Source: a virus (lineage: Duplodnaviria; Caudoviricetes). From it: 33,379 nucleotides of DNA. The notes below the pieces were generated by a model, which saw only the letters and a list, made by a program, of their open reading frames with translations, was not told where the DNA came from and made no database searches. Location of the stretch: the IMG/VR virus record IMGVR_UViG_3300037246_000774, positions 1 through 33,379 of that record. One strand, written 5' to 3'. Positions 17,406 to 26,386 of this stretch are shown here, one piece after another. Every line of letters begins with the position of its first letter. Position 1 is the stretch's first letter. The position numbers and the translations under genes were made by a program.

Positions 17406-18966
17406 TTACGCCCCTCTGTTTTAAAACATATTTAATATTGGCCTCAGTAACAGGCTGTCCGGCATCATTCAATATCTGAATAGCAACATCACTCTCAGGA
17501 ATTCTTGCCGCTATCTCTTCAGGATCAAATTCGGCTTCTCTTATACGCCTGAGAGGATCAATTACTTCTGCAGTACCCATCCAATCAAAAACTCTGGCCT
17601 CTTCAAATGGCTTCAATACTTGGTCGTAAATTTCACCAACAGATTTATCAGGACTCTCACGGCTTTCTTTAAGAACAAACGCTTTTACATCCAATATTTC
17701 ACGAGAATCAAGGTTGTCCAGCAACCCACCGTCCTCAAAGTCTCTATCGATTAATTTTACAACGCCTTTTTCCTCAGCCTTTCGAGTTTCGCCTATTTTG
17801 CGAGAATTCACAGAGTCGCTTATTATCTTACGGCCCGTTTCCACTTCAAGCTGCTCTTTTTCAACGGCCTCGGCTACGTCTAATCTTAACTTCTCAGCCT
17901 CACTGTCTGTAGTCTCTGGCCCCATCTCCATAGCCTCAACTTCAAAACCTCTTTTTTTAGTGATATCTTCCGTCACCTTGCCAGTAGCCTTTGATTTATT
18001 CTCAACAGACTTCTTCTGCCTATCTATCCATGACTGATAATCCGTAGAGCTTAATTTATCTCTTTGCTCCTCTATTGCTGTCCGGGTCAATGTTTCAACA
18101 CTATACAGGTCTGTAAGCCCCTTATTAGCCTCCTGGCGCTGCTCTTCCTTCTGAACCTTAGCAAGCCTTTCAGCCTCCACCTTTGCGGCCTTGGCATCGG
18201 CATCAAGGGCTTTCTGTTGTCTCTTGGCTTCCTTGTCAAATGCCGCTCTTTGCTCTCGGGACAGATACTTATTGTATTTTTTAAGTTTAATCGATTCGAT
18301 AGCTTCCGCAGGGTCACGATTTATTTCTCCATCCAATGCAGCCTCGGCTAATTGCCTCGTTCCCTCTACAATTCTATCCTCGGCAGTAAGACTGCCTATC
18401 TGTCCATCATCAAATTGCAACATCACTGTACTTTCATGGTCTGCAATAAGGGCATCCAACCCCGCCCTGCCACTGTAGGCATTTTTTAGTCCTTGGGATA
18501 TCGCCTTTTCATATGTGCTGTCTGAGACTTTTTTGCGTTGCAAGCTCCCATGTCTTGCCACTATGTCCATGGCAGTATCAGTTTGTCCAAAAAAATTCTG
18601 CTTTAGTATGAGCTTGTATGCCTCATCAGTTTCGTCTTTTGTAAATTCTCCAAATTGCTCATCCCGAAATTTCCCCAGCCTGTCCATTCCTCCATCGGCA
18701 GCTAATCCTTCGAGGGACTCTTCTTCATCCATGAAGGCATTTAATCTTATATTATATTCAGATTTTGCACTTATAAAATCATTATCACGGTCTTGCGATC
18801 TTTGCTTTGCCCTCTGTTTTTCGGCTACTGCTGCGATATCCCCCAAGCCATGCCCAACACTCTTTATGGCTTGACCAAGTTGAGTGCCGACACCGGGGCT
18901 TATTTTTGCACCCGTCCCAGCGCCGGTGATAGAACGCCCCCTCTCTATTCCTTTAAAACTAGGCAT
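17392..18966 (-). CDS. Internal virion protein (gp15-like position)
   Basis: Gly/Ala-rich start then long charged helical region; synteny. Confidence 0.65.
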   Translation of the reverse strand: MPSFKGIERGRSITGAGTGAKISPGVGTQLGQAIKSVGHGLGDIAAVAEKQRAKQRSQDRDNDFISAKSEYNIRLNAFMDEEESLEGLAADGGMDRLGKFRDEQFGEFTKDETDEAYKLILKQNFFGQTDTAMDIVARHGSLQRKKVSDSTYEKAISQGLKNAYSGRAGLDALIADHESTVMLQFDDGQIGSLTAEDRIVEGTRQLAEAALDGEINRDPAEAIESIKLKKYNKYLSREQRAAFDKEAKRQQKALDADAKAAKVEAERLAKVQKEEQRQEANKGLTDLYSVETLTRTAIEEQRDKLSSTDYQSWIDRQKKSVENKSKATGKVTEDITKKRGFEVEAMEMGPETTDSEAEKLRLDVAEAVEKEQLEVETGRKIISDSVNSRKIGETRKAEEKGVVKLIDRDFEDGGLLDNLDSREILDVKAFVLKESRESPDKSVGEIYDQVLKPFEEARVFDWMGTAEVIDPLRRIREAEFDPEEIAARIPESDVAIQILNDAGQPVTEANIKYVLKQRGVNAGD

Positions 18967-19403
18967 TATCCAGCCCTTTTATTAAATTGAGCTTTAGCAC
19001 TTAGTAAAGATCCTCCAGCACTTAGAAAACTTGCCCTCTTGGCAGCCTTTCCAGTAAACCTCTCGCCTTTCGCTTGGCTTCTAAGTCTCTCAGATTCTAC
19101 CTCACCACCGAAACGTATAGCCAGTGCATCTAGTTCACCAGCCGCAGCGGATTCCTCTATCGCAAGCAATGGACTTCCCGCAACATCAATTCCAGACTTG
19201 GCAATCCTTGTGCGTTGCGTGGATAAGGCTTTTCGTACTCTTTCCCGATGTGCAGTTTCATCAAATTCAGCTTTTTTCTCTGCCGATATTGCTGCCTGCT
19301 CCGACACTTTTGCATTGTATTTGGATATCTTGTCCTGCTGGATACCGCTTACAATATCCCCCGCCGCCCCAGCTGCTAATGCTGCTACTGCTAAAGTTGC
19401 CAT
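18966..19403 (-). CDS. Internal virion protein (gp14-like)
   Basis: Ala-rich hydrophobic N-terminus, YNA, SGIDVAGSPL, DALAIR motifs. Confidence 0.75.
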   Translation of the reverse strand: MATLAVAALAAGAAGDIVSGIQQDKISKYNAKVSEQAAISAEKKAEFDETAHRERVRKALSTQRTRIAKSGIDVAGSPLLAIEESAAAGELDALAIRFGGEVESERLRSQAKGERFTGKAAKRASFLSAGGSLLSAKAQFNKRAG

Positions 19404-19834
19404 TATATCGCCCTCCTCACATGATACTTGTAAATATCAAAACCCTTGCTTTGCCACAAATCCAATTGCCCTTCAAAGCAAGTCATTTCTAAATATTCCG
19501 CACCTTTTTCCTTAGCCATCTTCATAAGTCCTCGATATAAAAGACGTGGGGCTCTGCCTTCCCTGAAATCCGGCATTACATAAAAATCTTGCCCAAAGCC
19601 CACTAATTTCTGGGATATTGAATCTGGATACATCATACCACAAATAAATCCAATCATTACACCTTCAATGGTCACTACATATGCCCCATAGATATTGTTT
19701 TCCATCATTCCTTTTTGCATATCTATCCACCATTCAAGGCTAGGCTTGGTGTCAGGGCTTATCTCTTGGATCATCATGCGCCACAAAATAGACATGTCAT
19801 CTATATCATCTATCGTGGCCTCTCTTATTTTCAC
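19403..19834 (-). CDS. GNAT-family acetyltransferase-like protein (gp13 position)
   Basis: MKIREATIDD, FYVMPDFREG, AKEKGA, KGF motifs. Confidence 0.8.
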   Translation of the reverse strand: MKIREATIDDIDDMSILWRMMIQEISPDTKPSLEWWIDMQKGMMENNIYGAYVVTIEGVMIGFICGMMYPDSISQKLVGFGQDFYVMPDFREGRAPRLLYRGLMKMAKEKGAEYLEMTCFEGQLDLWQSKGFDIYKYHVRRAI

Positions 19835-22383
19835 TGGATGGCTACCTCGGGGATTATTGCTAATATCGTTGTCGGAACTGGTGTGTCCTGAATAATCATC
19901 AACTGACCATTTTTGTCGTATTCCCCTTCGTATTGCACTTCGATGTCACCAGTTGTAAGATCGGGCGCACCGCCCATAATGAACCCAACCGCCTCCGCAC
20001 TCGCCTTAAATGTGGTGGACTCATCCTTGCCATACTTAAAGATACCGGACTCGTACACCCTTACATTCATTTTCACTATACGCTTTTTCTTACCCTGTGG
20101 TGTCCCGTTCGCCAAGGCTGCATCGAACCTCGTTGTTTGTAATAGTCCCGTATAGGAAAGGCCATAATGAACCACGCTTGCTTCAAAGGGTAAATCAAAT
20201 TGCCCACCAGATACGGTCAACCCCGTCACTATCGACCCATCTGCAAGAGCAACTATATCTTTACCCTCAAGATGCCCGGCCCCGGTGATAGTAGTTGTAG
20301 CAACATCATTATATGTTTTGCCAGAATCCACAAAGAAGGCATTAAGTCCCTTATTTGTTTTATAGATTGCATTAGAGTCTGCAAAGAATGCCGCCATCAT
20401 TTCAACATATCTTACATCGGAACCATTTACCGTTCTTTTAACTATTGCCCAAACCTCAACGTACCCATCTCCAGGAATAGTCACCATACTTTCCACTTCT
20501 CCGTCAGTTTCGTGGATATGCCAGCCAACAACGTCTTGATCCCTCAAATATGTCATGCCCAAGAACTTACCGTCAGCCCTATAAGACCACACAACAGATA
20601 AGGGGTTTTGTTGGTATGTCAATCCTAAAATGCCACTTTCAGTAATATGTTCTGATAAGATTGCCAAATCTGGAGCCTTATACCCATCTACTTCAAACTG
20701 GTAAGAAAGTTCTCTTATTTGTCGTTGCTCCCTCTGTACAAATAAAGTTGCATCATCCACGGTTACCGGCAGAGTATTGGCACAGCCTGTGGTGTCGCGC
20801 TCTTTGGCGGTTACGTTTGTGGGTGTTATTGCCGTCCCGCTATCATCGGCACCTACTCGCCACTCGCCACCAACACACCCGATAATCAAATAATCTTTTG
20901 GCTCTAGCCATCTGATAATGCTTACTTGCCTTCCAGCAAGGGTAAATTGGACTGCATCTGCATCATCAGTGCCAGGTGTAAAGTTCTCATAGTCTCCCGT
21001 TGCAGATCCCCAGAAAGTTTCGGAGAATGTCGGAGATCCCGCTACAAATAGCCTATTCTCAAAGAATACACCACATGAAGGGTATCCATTGGCGGCTGAC
21101 CACATAACGCTTTCAAGCGTCCAATTTGACGTTGCAATTATTGAATCTGGATCGCTTACGGTTAATTCTTTCCGTATTTCCCCTTTTACTTCAAGTGCCG
21201 ATGTGTAAGAGGTGATTTTAATAAACCCATTATACAGACGAACATATTTCCCAACATCGGTGCTTCTGAATAAATCTGTCGTTGTAGTTCCGGTGCTTTT
21301 CTTAACATAGGATTCATCTGCCGCCGCTTTAGAGTCTGGGTCAGCTTCATCGGACAATCTAATATAGATAGTGCTGTATCCTAAAGCGTCATTATCACCA
21401 AAAGCCCACTGCTTGAGACCAAGGCTCCCCAATAATCCCTCTATCAACTCTTCATCGTCTTCAAGCATTTTGACAGGCTTAACCGCAGAATAAAAAGGCG
21501 CTGCATTGTCCAAGTAGTATTCATTAGACCCTGAAGCAGATATAGTCCAATGATCATTAGGACTTTCTAAAAGATTTACGATAGTGTCACTTGTTCCTGT
21601 TGAAGTAAGCGTAGTTATCGCGCCCACTGGCCCAACTATGGACGGAAGCAATGACCCAACAGGACTTCCCTGCATCTCCCAACTGCCTGAAGCAATAGGG
21701 CCAACTGCGGCAAAATCATCTATGATGTCGCACAGCACGATTGTATCAGACGTAAAATCAACGATAGATGCACGGCCCGCACCCGAGACAATGAGCCTTC
21801 CAATATCTCCCGACTGAAAAGAGCCGGCACCCGCCGTAAATGTAATACCTGCCCCGGTAACTGCGGAAAGAGTCAATGTTGTTGCCGGTAGCACGGCTTG
21901 TTCGTATGTAGGGGGAGGCCTGAAATTGATTGTAGTAGCTGTCCACGCAGTATCGGCAGTCCTTGATACCTTCAAGGGGGGATAGGATGGGTGAAATAAA
22001 TAAAGAACATCGGCGCTTTGGCAGTATTTAAGTGCCGCCAAATCTGCCGCCGCATATGGAGAAGCTATTTCATACGGACTTCCACCGTCTTCTATCTGAG
22101 CTTGGTCTTTATAGAAACGTATGTATTCATCCCCAAACTCAAGCACATAGGCTATTTCAGCAGAAAACTCAAATGGAAGTAGCTGTGACACACTACCGCT
22201 TGTCTTTGTCGCAGTAATATACTTTAAGCCCGGACGATAAACAGCAGGGCCGCGGGGATCGATAACAAAATTCTCCATACGAGCAAGGGCGCTCGGATAC
22301 TTAGGGAAGTCAGTCCGCCCGTCCATCAGGCGTGACCATTCCCCGGCATTGAACGAGTTTTGCATTGTTGTGATTTTAGCCAC
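19831..22383 (-). CDS. Tail tubular protein B / nozzle (gp12-like)
   Basis: QNSFNAGEWS..MDGRTD, RPG, QSADV, YPS...FFENRL, V.GWH.H, FFVDSG. Confidence 0.88.
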   Translation of the reverse strand: MAKITTMQNSFNAGEWSRLMDGRTDFPKYPSALARMENFVIDPRGPAVYRPGLKYITATKTSGSVSQLLPFEFSAEIAYVLEFGDEYIRFYKDQAQIEDGGSPYEIASPYAAADLAALKYCQSADVLYLFHPSYPPLKVSRTADTAWTATTINFRPPPTYEQAVLPATTLTLSAVTGAGITFTAGAGSFQSGDIGRLIVSGAGRASIVDFTSDTIVLCDIIDDFAAVGPIASGSWEMQGSPVGSLLPSIVGPVGAITTLTSTGTSDTIVNLLESPNDHWTISASGSNEYYLDNAAPFYSAVKPVKMLEDDEELIEGLLGSLGLKQWAFGDNDALGYSTIYIRLSDEADPDSKAAADESYVKKSTGTTTTDLFRSTDVGKYVRLYNGFIKITSYTSALEVKGEIRKELTVSDPDSIIATSNWTLESVMWSAANGYPSCGVFFENRLFVAGSPTFSETFWGSATGDYENFTPGTDDADAVQFTLAGRQVSIIRWLEPKDYLIIGCVGGEWRVGADDSGTAITPTNVTAKERDTTGCANTLPVTVDDATLFVQREQRQIRELSYQFEVDGYKAPDLAILSEHITESGILGLTYQQNPLSVVWSYRADGKFLGMTYLRDQDVVGWHIHETDGEVESMVTIPGDGYVEVWAIVKRTVNGSDVRYVEMMAAFFADSNAIYKTNKGLNAFFVDSGKTYNDVATTTITGAGHLEGKDIVALADGSIVTGLTVSGGQFDLPFEASVVHYGLSYTGLLQTTRFDAALANGTPQGKKKRIVKMNVRVYESGIFKYGKDESTTFKASAEAVGFIMGGAPDLTTGDIEVQYEGEYDKNGQLMIIQDTPVPTTILAIIPEVAIQ

Positions 22384-22985
22384 TATCTACCCACTTTTTG
22401 CCAAGACAGATTACCATTGTCTAAAGACTGTTCATCTCTACGCTTTGGCTTTCTCCCCTCAATTGCATTAAGCCTTATTGCTTCTGGTAGCCACACCCGA
22501 TCTAACTCGGCAAGGAGTTCACGCCTCATCACCTTGTCTTCTTTAATCTTAACCCCCAACTCTGCCGCCATCCTTATCGAAATACAGTTTGCTACAGCAG
22601 GGGGGATATCCCCGGTATTCGTTACCTTTTTGATGTACCGGATGAAAATGTCTTCCTCTTGGTTGATAAGAAACTTATTTCCCTCTCTTACCCAATCGGG
22701 GTCTGTCGTGCCAGTACTGTAAAACTCCCAAACCCTGAGACAATCCACTGGCAATTGATAAGCAAAATCAAACTCAAATGCCGGAGTCTCTGATAAAGGC
22801 GCTCCCAAATCTGCCCGCTTCATTGCAAAGTTCCATTCATGGGCCGATACGATCTCATCACGCATCAACGGATAAAGAACTCTGCAAGCTATGGCTTGGG
22901 GATTATCATCACCAATATCATTGATGGTGACATCCCCATATTTAAGGAGCGCCAGGTTGCAAATTTGGGTTTCGGAGGCAGACAT
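22383..22985 (-). CDS. Tail tubular protein A / adaptor (gp11-like)
   Basis: ICNLAL, H.WNFA, YQLP.DCLR. Confidence 0.88.
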   Translation of the reverse strand: MSASETQICNLALLKYGDVTINDIGDDNPQAIACRVLYPLMRDEIVSAHEWNFAMKRADLGAPLSETPAFEFDFAYQLPVDCLRVWEFYSTGTTDPDWVREGNKFLINQEEDIFIRYIKKVTNTGDIPPAVANCISIRMAAELGVKIKEDKVMRRELLAELDRVWLPEAIRLNAIEGRKPKRRDEQSLDNGNLSWQKVGR

Positions 22986-23383
22986 TAGTTAGCAGATTCC
23001 TTTCTGGCTTTAATTACCTCATCTCTAAACCTCTTTATCCCCCAGCGCTTGTCATAAGCTTTGCCAAGTTCATCCATTTCTTTTTGGATAGACACAATCT
23101 CTTCTTCTTCTTTGGCCGCTATCTCAGCCTTTTCCTTATCGCTAAGCTCTGCCTTTTCCTCTTTCCCTGCCTTGGCACCCTTGAGGTATTTGGCTACAAG
23201 CTTTGCCGTGGCCTCGTCAGCGGGCGAACAGTGATTGAGCAGCCCAGACAATGGTTTCCCAGACTTATGTAGACCTTTTTCGCATTCAGTTATTACCATG
23301 CTATCGCCCACATCAAGTATTAATCCAGCCCTTTGAACTCCACCACCAAATTGGAAATTTTCATTTACGTTGAAACTTGCCAT
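22985..23383 (-). CDS. Hypothetical protein between capsid and tail genes
   Basis: SD GAGG; coupled to adaptor gene; charged C-terminus. Confidence 0.7.
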   Translation of the reverse strand: MASFNVNENFQFGGGVQRAGLILDVGDSMVITECEKGLHKSGKPLSGLLNHCSPADEATAKLVAKYLKGAKAGKEEKAELSDKEKAEIAAKEEEEIVSIQKEMDELGKAYDKRWGIKRFRDEVIKARKESAN

Positions 23384-23406
23384 AATTATTAACCTCTCTT
23401 TTTAAA

Positions 23407-23437
23407 TAATCGCGGAGGCATTACACCCCCGCGATTA
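23407..23437 (-). terminator. Hairpin after capsid/cement genes (putative terminator or mRNA stabiliser)
   Basis: TAATCGCGG...CCGCGATTA perfect 9-bp stem; short T-run. Confidence 0.6.
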
Positions 23438-23448
23438 AGATTTAAGGT

Positions 23449-23907
23449 TTACTGTCCTTGCTGTATCGGCCCACCTATCCAACAGGTGACTTTACCTGTA
23501 GAGAGGTCTTGAGTCGCAACACTTACCTTTGTCGCGTAGTAAGGCTTCAACTGCCCTACTGGGAGAGGTATACTGAAAAGCTGAGTTCCATCTGGATGTT
23601 CAGAAGGAGTATTTTCAGTAACCACATGAGTGAGTATTGCATCACCACCAGTAGCAGGCGTTGTGTCAGTGTCGTTGTACAGTTCAAACGTAAGCACTGA
23701 GCCATCAACCGCAGCCAACAGGTCTTCATCTTCTACCACACAATTCCAGTGCAGCCGCCCACTTACATTCGGGCGGTCATTTTGTAGCGTGTCTTTGTGG
23801 TCTTTCACCTGTGGCATTGTCACTATGCCATCCAGCACAGTACTTCCAGCAGCCGAAGCCGCTATGCTTTCTGACTCGCCAAAGACTAATTCCGCATCCA
23901 TTATCAT
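23449..23907 (-). CDS. Capsid cement/decoration protein (Bbp16-like)
   Basis: MIMDAELVF start and TGKVTCWI end; directly after capsid. Confidence 0.7.
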   Translation of the reverse strand: MIMDAELVFGESESIAASAAGSTVLDGIVTMPQVKDHKDTLQNDRPNVSGRLHWNCVVEDEDLLAAVDGSVLTFELYNDTDTTPATGGDAILTHVVTENTPSEHPDGTQLFSIPLPVGQLKPYYATKVSVATQDLSTGKVTCWIGGPIQQGQ

Positions 23908-23930
23908 GTCAATTCTCCTTTCGTTAAGAT

Positions 23931-24914
23931 TTAAGAAATTGCGTCTTCAGTATTGACCAATATCTCACGGTCAATCTTCCGAATAGGGACACCTTGGAAC
24001 CTCATTGGAGGCATGCCGGAAAGGCCGTCACCACCATCTAGGGTGTAATAGATGTTTGCCTTGTCCTTTGCCCTGATCTGCATTTGAGTGATGATAGTCT
24101 CATTTGCATAAATCCTGCTGTTACCATTGATGTTCATGTTGTTAAGAAGCTTGATAAGGTTGTCCTCATCAAACGTATTTGATGAACCAGCAGTCTCGAT
24201 GTTCGCAAGACGACCTATGGAGCGAGGGTTCCTTACAACAAGGCCAATCTGGATCTTATAGTGATCCCTGTAGACCTGCCTCAGTCCCTTAGTGGTAACG
24301 TCCTGTTCGGTTGTCTCACCCAGGTCAGTGTGCTTTACACCAAGATTGGCCTGCATGTTTTTGGGGTAGATGAAATGAACATCGGTTTGGCCGGGAGTGA
24401 CAATGTATATGCTTGTCACGTCAGAGCCTGTTCCACCTTCTCCAATAACGAAACGCCCATCAAGTGCACTCATCCTGGCCGACAGCCCGTGCATAGCATC
24501 AGGGTCAGCGTTGGAATCGGCATAGAGGATGTCACTTGCGATTGTCTGCCCCAAGCCTTCTATAAAGGCATCGGCCTCACCGGCACGGAACATTCCAGGT
24601 GAAGGCATGGAATCAACGAGGTCTTTATCCACGTTGGAATAATCCTCAAGGTTCTCTATAACGTCCATGATCTCAGTTGTGCGAGCTGTAGACGGGGTTA
24701 CAAACGCATTGAGCTTACGCCTACTACCTGAAGGCAAGCTGCCCCTTCTGGTAGTTTTGTTTGTAAACTCAGAGTTTGAAGGCATCCACGGAATTTCCGC
24801 CAACATATTACCCATTTTACGGTTTAGAACTTCAACGATTGTCGCCTGAGTTCCATCAGGGTCAATTCGCTTTGCCTGTTCTACGAGGCTAAATGTATTT
24901 GCTAATACAGTCAT
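23931..24914 (-). CDS. Major capsid protein (BPP-1 Bbp17-like)
   Basis: AKRIDPDG, R..LPSG..RKLN, R..E..AFIEGLGQ, GGTGSD.TSIY, R.ANI, FQGVPIRK.D. Confidence 0.9.
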   Translation of the reverse strand: MTVLANTFSLVEQAKRIDPDGTQATIVEVLNRKMGNMLAEIPWMPSNSEFTNKTTRRGSLPSGSRRKLNAFVTPSTARTTEIMDVIENLEDYSNVDKDLVDSMPSPGMFRAGEADAFIEGLGQTIASDILYADSNADPDAMHGLSARMSALDGRFVIGEGGTGSDVTSIYIVTPGQTDVHFIYPKNMQANLGVKHTDLGETTEQDVTTKGLRQVYRDHYKIQIGLVVRNPRSIGRLANIETAGSSNTFDEDNLIKLLNNMNINGNSRIYANETIITQMQIRAKDKANIYYTLDGGDGLSGMPPMRFQGVPIRKIDREILVNTEDAIS

Positions 24915-24925
24915 TTGTTTACTCC

Positions 24926-25693
24926 TTACTCCTTATAAGTTGTTGGAAATCTTTTCCTTGCCTTTGCTTCGTCATCCAGGGCCACATCTACACCAGACCT
25001 TTCGCCAGAAAACTTATCATCTTGAGTCTGAACGCCGAGCCTATGAAAAAGCTTCTGGAATACCGGATGATCTCCCAAAAGAACACCATCAACGATAGTG
25101 TTATTGATGAAATCATGCGCTTCCTTCTGCTCTGCCTCACTGTCTCCGCTGAACCTTTTAAAGCCCCTGTGGGCAATCTCTTTGTTTTCAGCGTAAGCAT
25201 CACCAGGCCATGCGTCCTTTAAGGTATTTTCAGCCTTCTCGATAGCCGCTTTCTCTGCTACCAATTCAGCCTTGTACGCCTCACCCATCATTTGATTGTA
25301 GCCGTCAAACATGGATTTGGCCTGATCCGCAGACAGATGGTTTTGATGTGCAAAACCTTTATACCACGCCTCAAGCTCCTCACTGTATTCCATGCCTTCC
25401 GACATATCTGCTGGCTTACCTATTTCGTAGGCATCTGGTGTTTCTGGTACTCCCATCTTGGAATAAAAAGCATTCCTGTCTTCGTCGGTTGCGTCCTCGC
25501 CTGGAATCACTAGCGCATTTCCTTCAGCCTTTAGCAAGTCATCAAACTTAGCGTAAGCATCGGAAGCTTCCCCGAACTTAGCAAAGCCATCGTTCTGCTT
25601 ATAGGCATCTGGCATACTGCTCATCCATGCTGGCATCTCACCAACATTACCGCCACCATTGTTAACATCTCCGGTATTAGTATTTGCTTCCAT
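24926..25693 (-). CDS. Capsid assembly scaffolding protein
   Basis: Acidic; IPGE.A, G.PE....Y, L...W, G.HP motifs; directly before capsid. Confidence 0.82.
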   Translation of the reverse strand: MEANTNTGDVNNGGGNVGEMPAWMSSMPDAYKQNDGFAKFGEASDAYAKFDDLLKAEGNALVIPGEDATDEDRNAFYSKMGVPETPDAYEIGKPADMSEGMEYSEELEAWYKGFAHQNHLSADQAKSMFDGYNQMMGEAYKAELVAEKAAIEKAENTLKDAWPGDAYAENKEIAHRGFKRFSGDSEAEQKEAHDFINNTIVDGVLLGDHPVFQKLFHRLGVQTQDDKFSGERSGVDVALDDEAKARKRFPTTYKE

Positions 25694-25721
25694 TGTGTTA
25701 CTCCTTCGTTAAGTGTTTAAA

Positions 25722-25771
25722 ATAAAAAACCCGCTTAATCTCACGGCATAATGCGGTGAAACGTAAGCGGG
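25722..25771 (-). terminator. Long hairpin plus T-run upstream of scaffold gene
   Basis: CCCGCTTA...TAAGCGGG outer stem with TCAC/GTGA and GCA/TGC inner pairs, followed by TTTTTTATTTT. Confidence 0.55.
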
Positions 25772-25821
25772 GAGGGTCGTAAGACCGTGCCCTTTATTCA
25801 ATTGTGGGTGTTACTGTGCTG

Positions 25822-26127
25822 CTATTTTCTAAATACTACAATGCAATACCTTGCGTGTCCTTTTTCTATGTCTACCGCGAGCCTTCTATCAGCAGCTATT
25901 TTTACAAGAACCATCTGTGTTTTAACGTCCAACTCTTTCGCCCCAACAGGTATGCGAAAGGTCATTCTGTGGCTATTGCCATCATTCCATTCTCCATCAA
26001 GTTTATCATTGATGTCTTTTTCAAATGTCGTTGACCTTGTATCAACTTTGTCTTCTCCGTCCTTCTCCAAAGCGGCCACTATTCCTTTCATGTGGCGGAT
26101 TATGGTGTCCTTCGTTTTACTGTTCAT
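25822..26127 (-). CDS. Hypothetical protein
   Basis: SD GAGGAG; overlaps upstream gene end. Confidence 0.65.
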   Translation of the reverse strand: MNSKTKDTIIRHMKGIVAALEKDGEDKVDTRSTTFEKDINDKLDGEWNDGNSHRMTFRIPVGAKELDVKTQMVLVKIAADRRLAVDIEKGHARYCIVVFRK

Positions 26128-26386
26128 CAGTCTCCTCTGGCAATGCCTGTTTCATTAAATTATCCATGAACATTCCTATGCTATCCTCCGAGGGTTCGCC
26201 CCCAGACAATAGGTATAACAGCCTACTACCATAGTTCTTTAGCGCTACCTCTTCTGGACTATTGACCGAAGGTGAGAATGTGCCAAGCTCAAAGTGCATA
26301 TGCTTCAGCACTTCTTTCCCGGCAGGCGTTGAAAACGTAGCCCGGTAGTGTGAGATAAGGCTATTCTTGGGGAATGTATTAAGCAA
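26117..26386 (-). CDS. Bbp19-like small protein downstream of portal
   Basis: YRATFSTPAGKEVL motif; probable TTG start with GGAGG upstream. Confidence 0.7.
   Translation of the reverse strand: MLNTFPKNSLISHYRATFSTPAGKEVLKHMHFELGTFSPSVNSPEEVALKNYGSRLLYLLSGGEPSEDSIGMFMDNLMKQALPEETDEQ

Noticed and set aside
11002-19515. Long plus-strand ORFs (e.g. 11002..11760, 15871..16431, 19039..19515)
   Set aside because: Antisense shadows of well-supported minus-strand genes; Ser/Leu-rich, no motifs
23908-23945. T7 10A/10B-type capsid frameshift
   Set aside because: No clear slippery heptamer, and the downstream gene has its own SD
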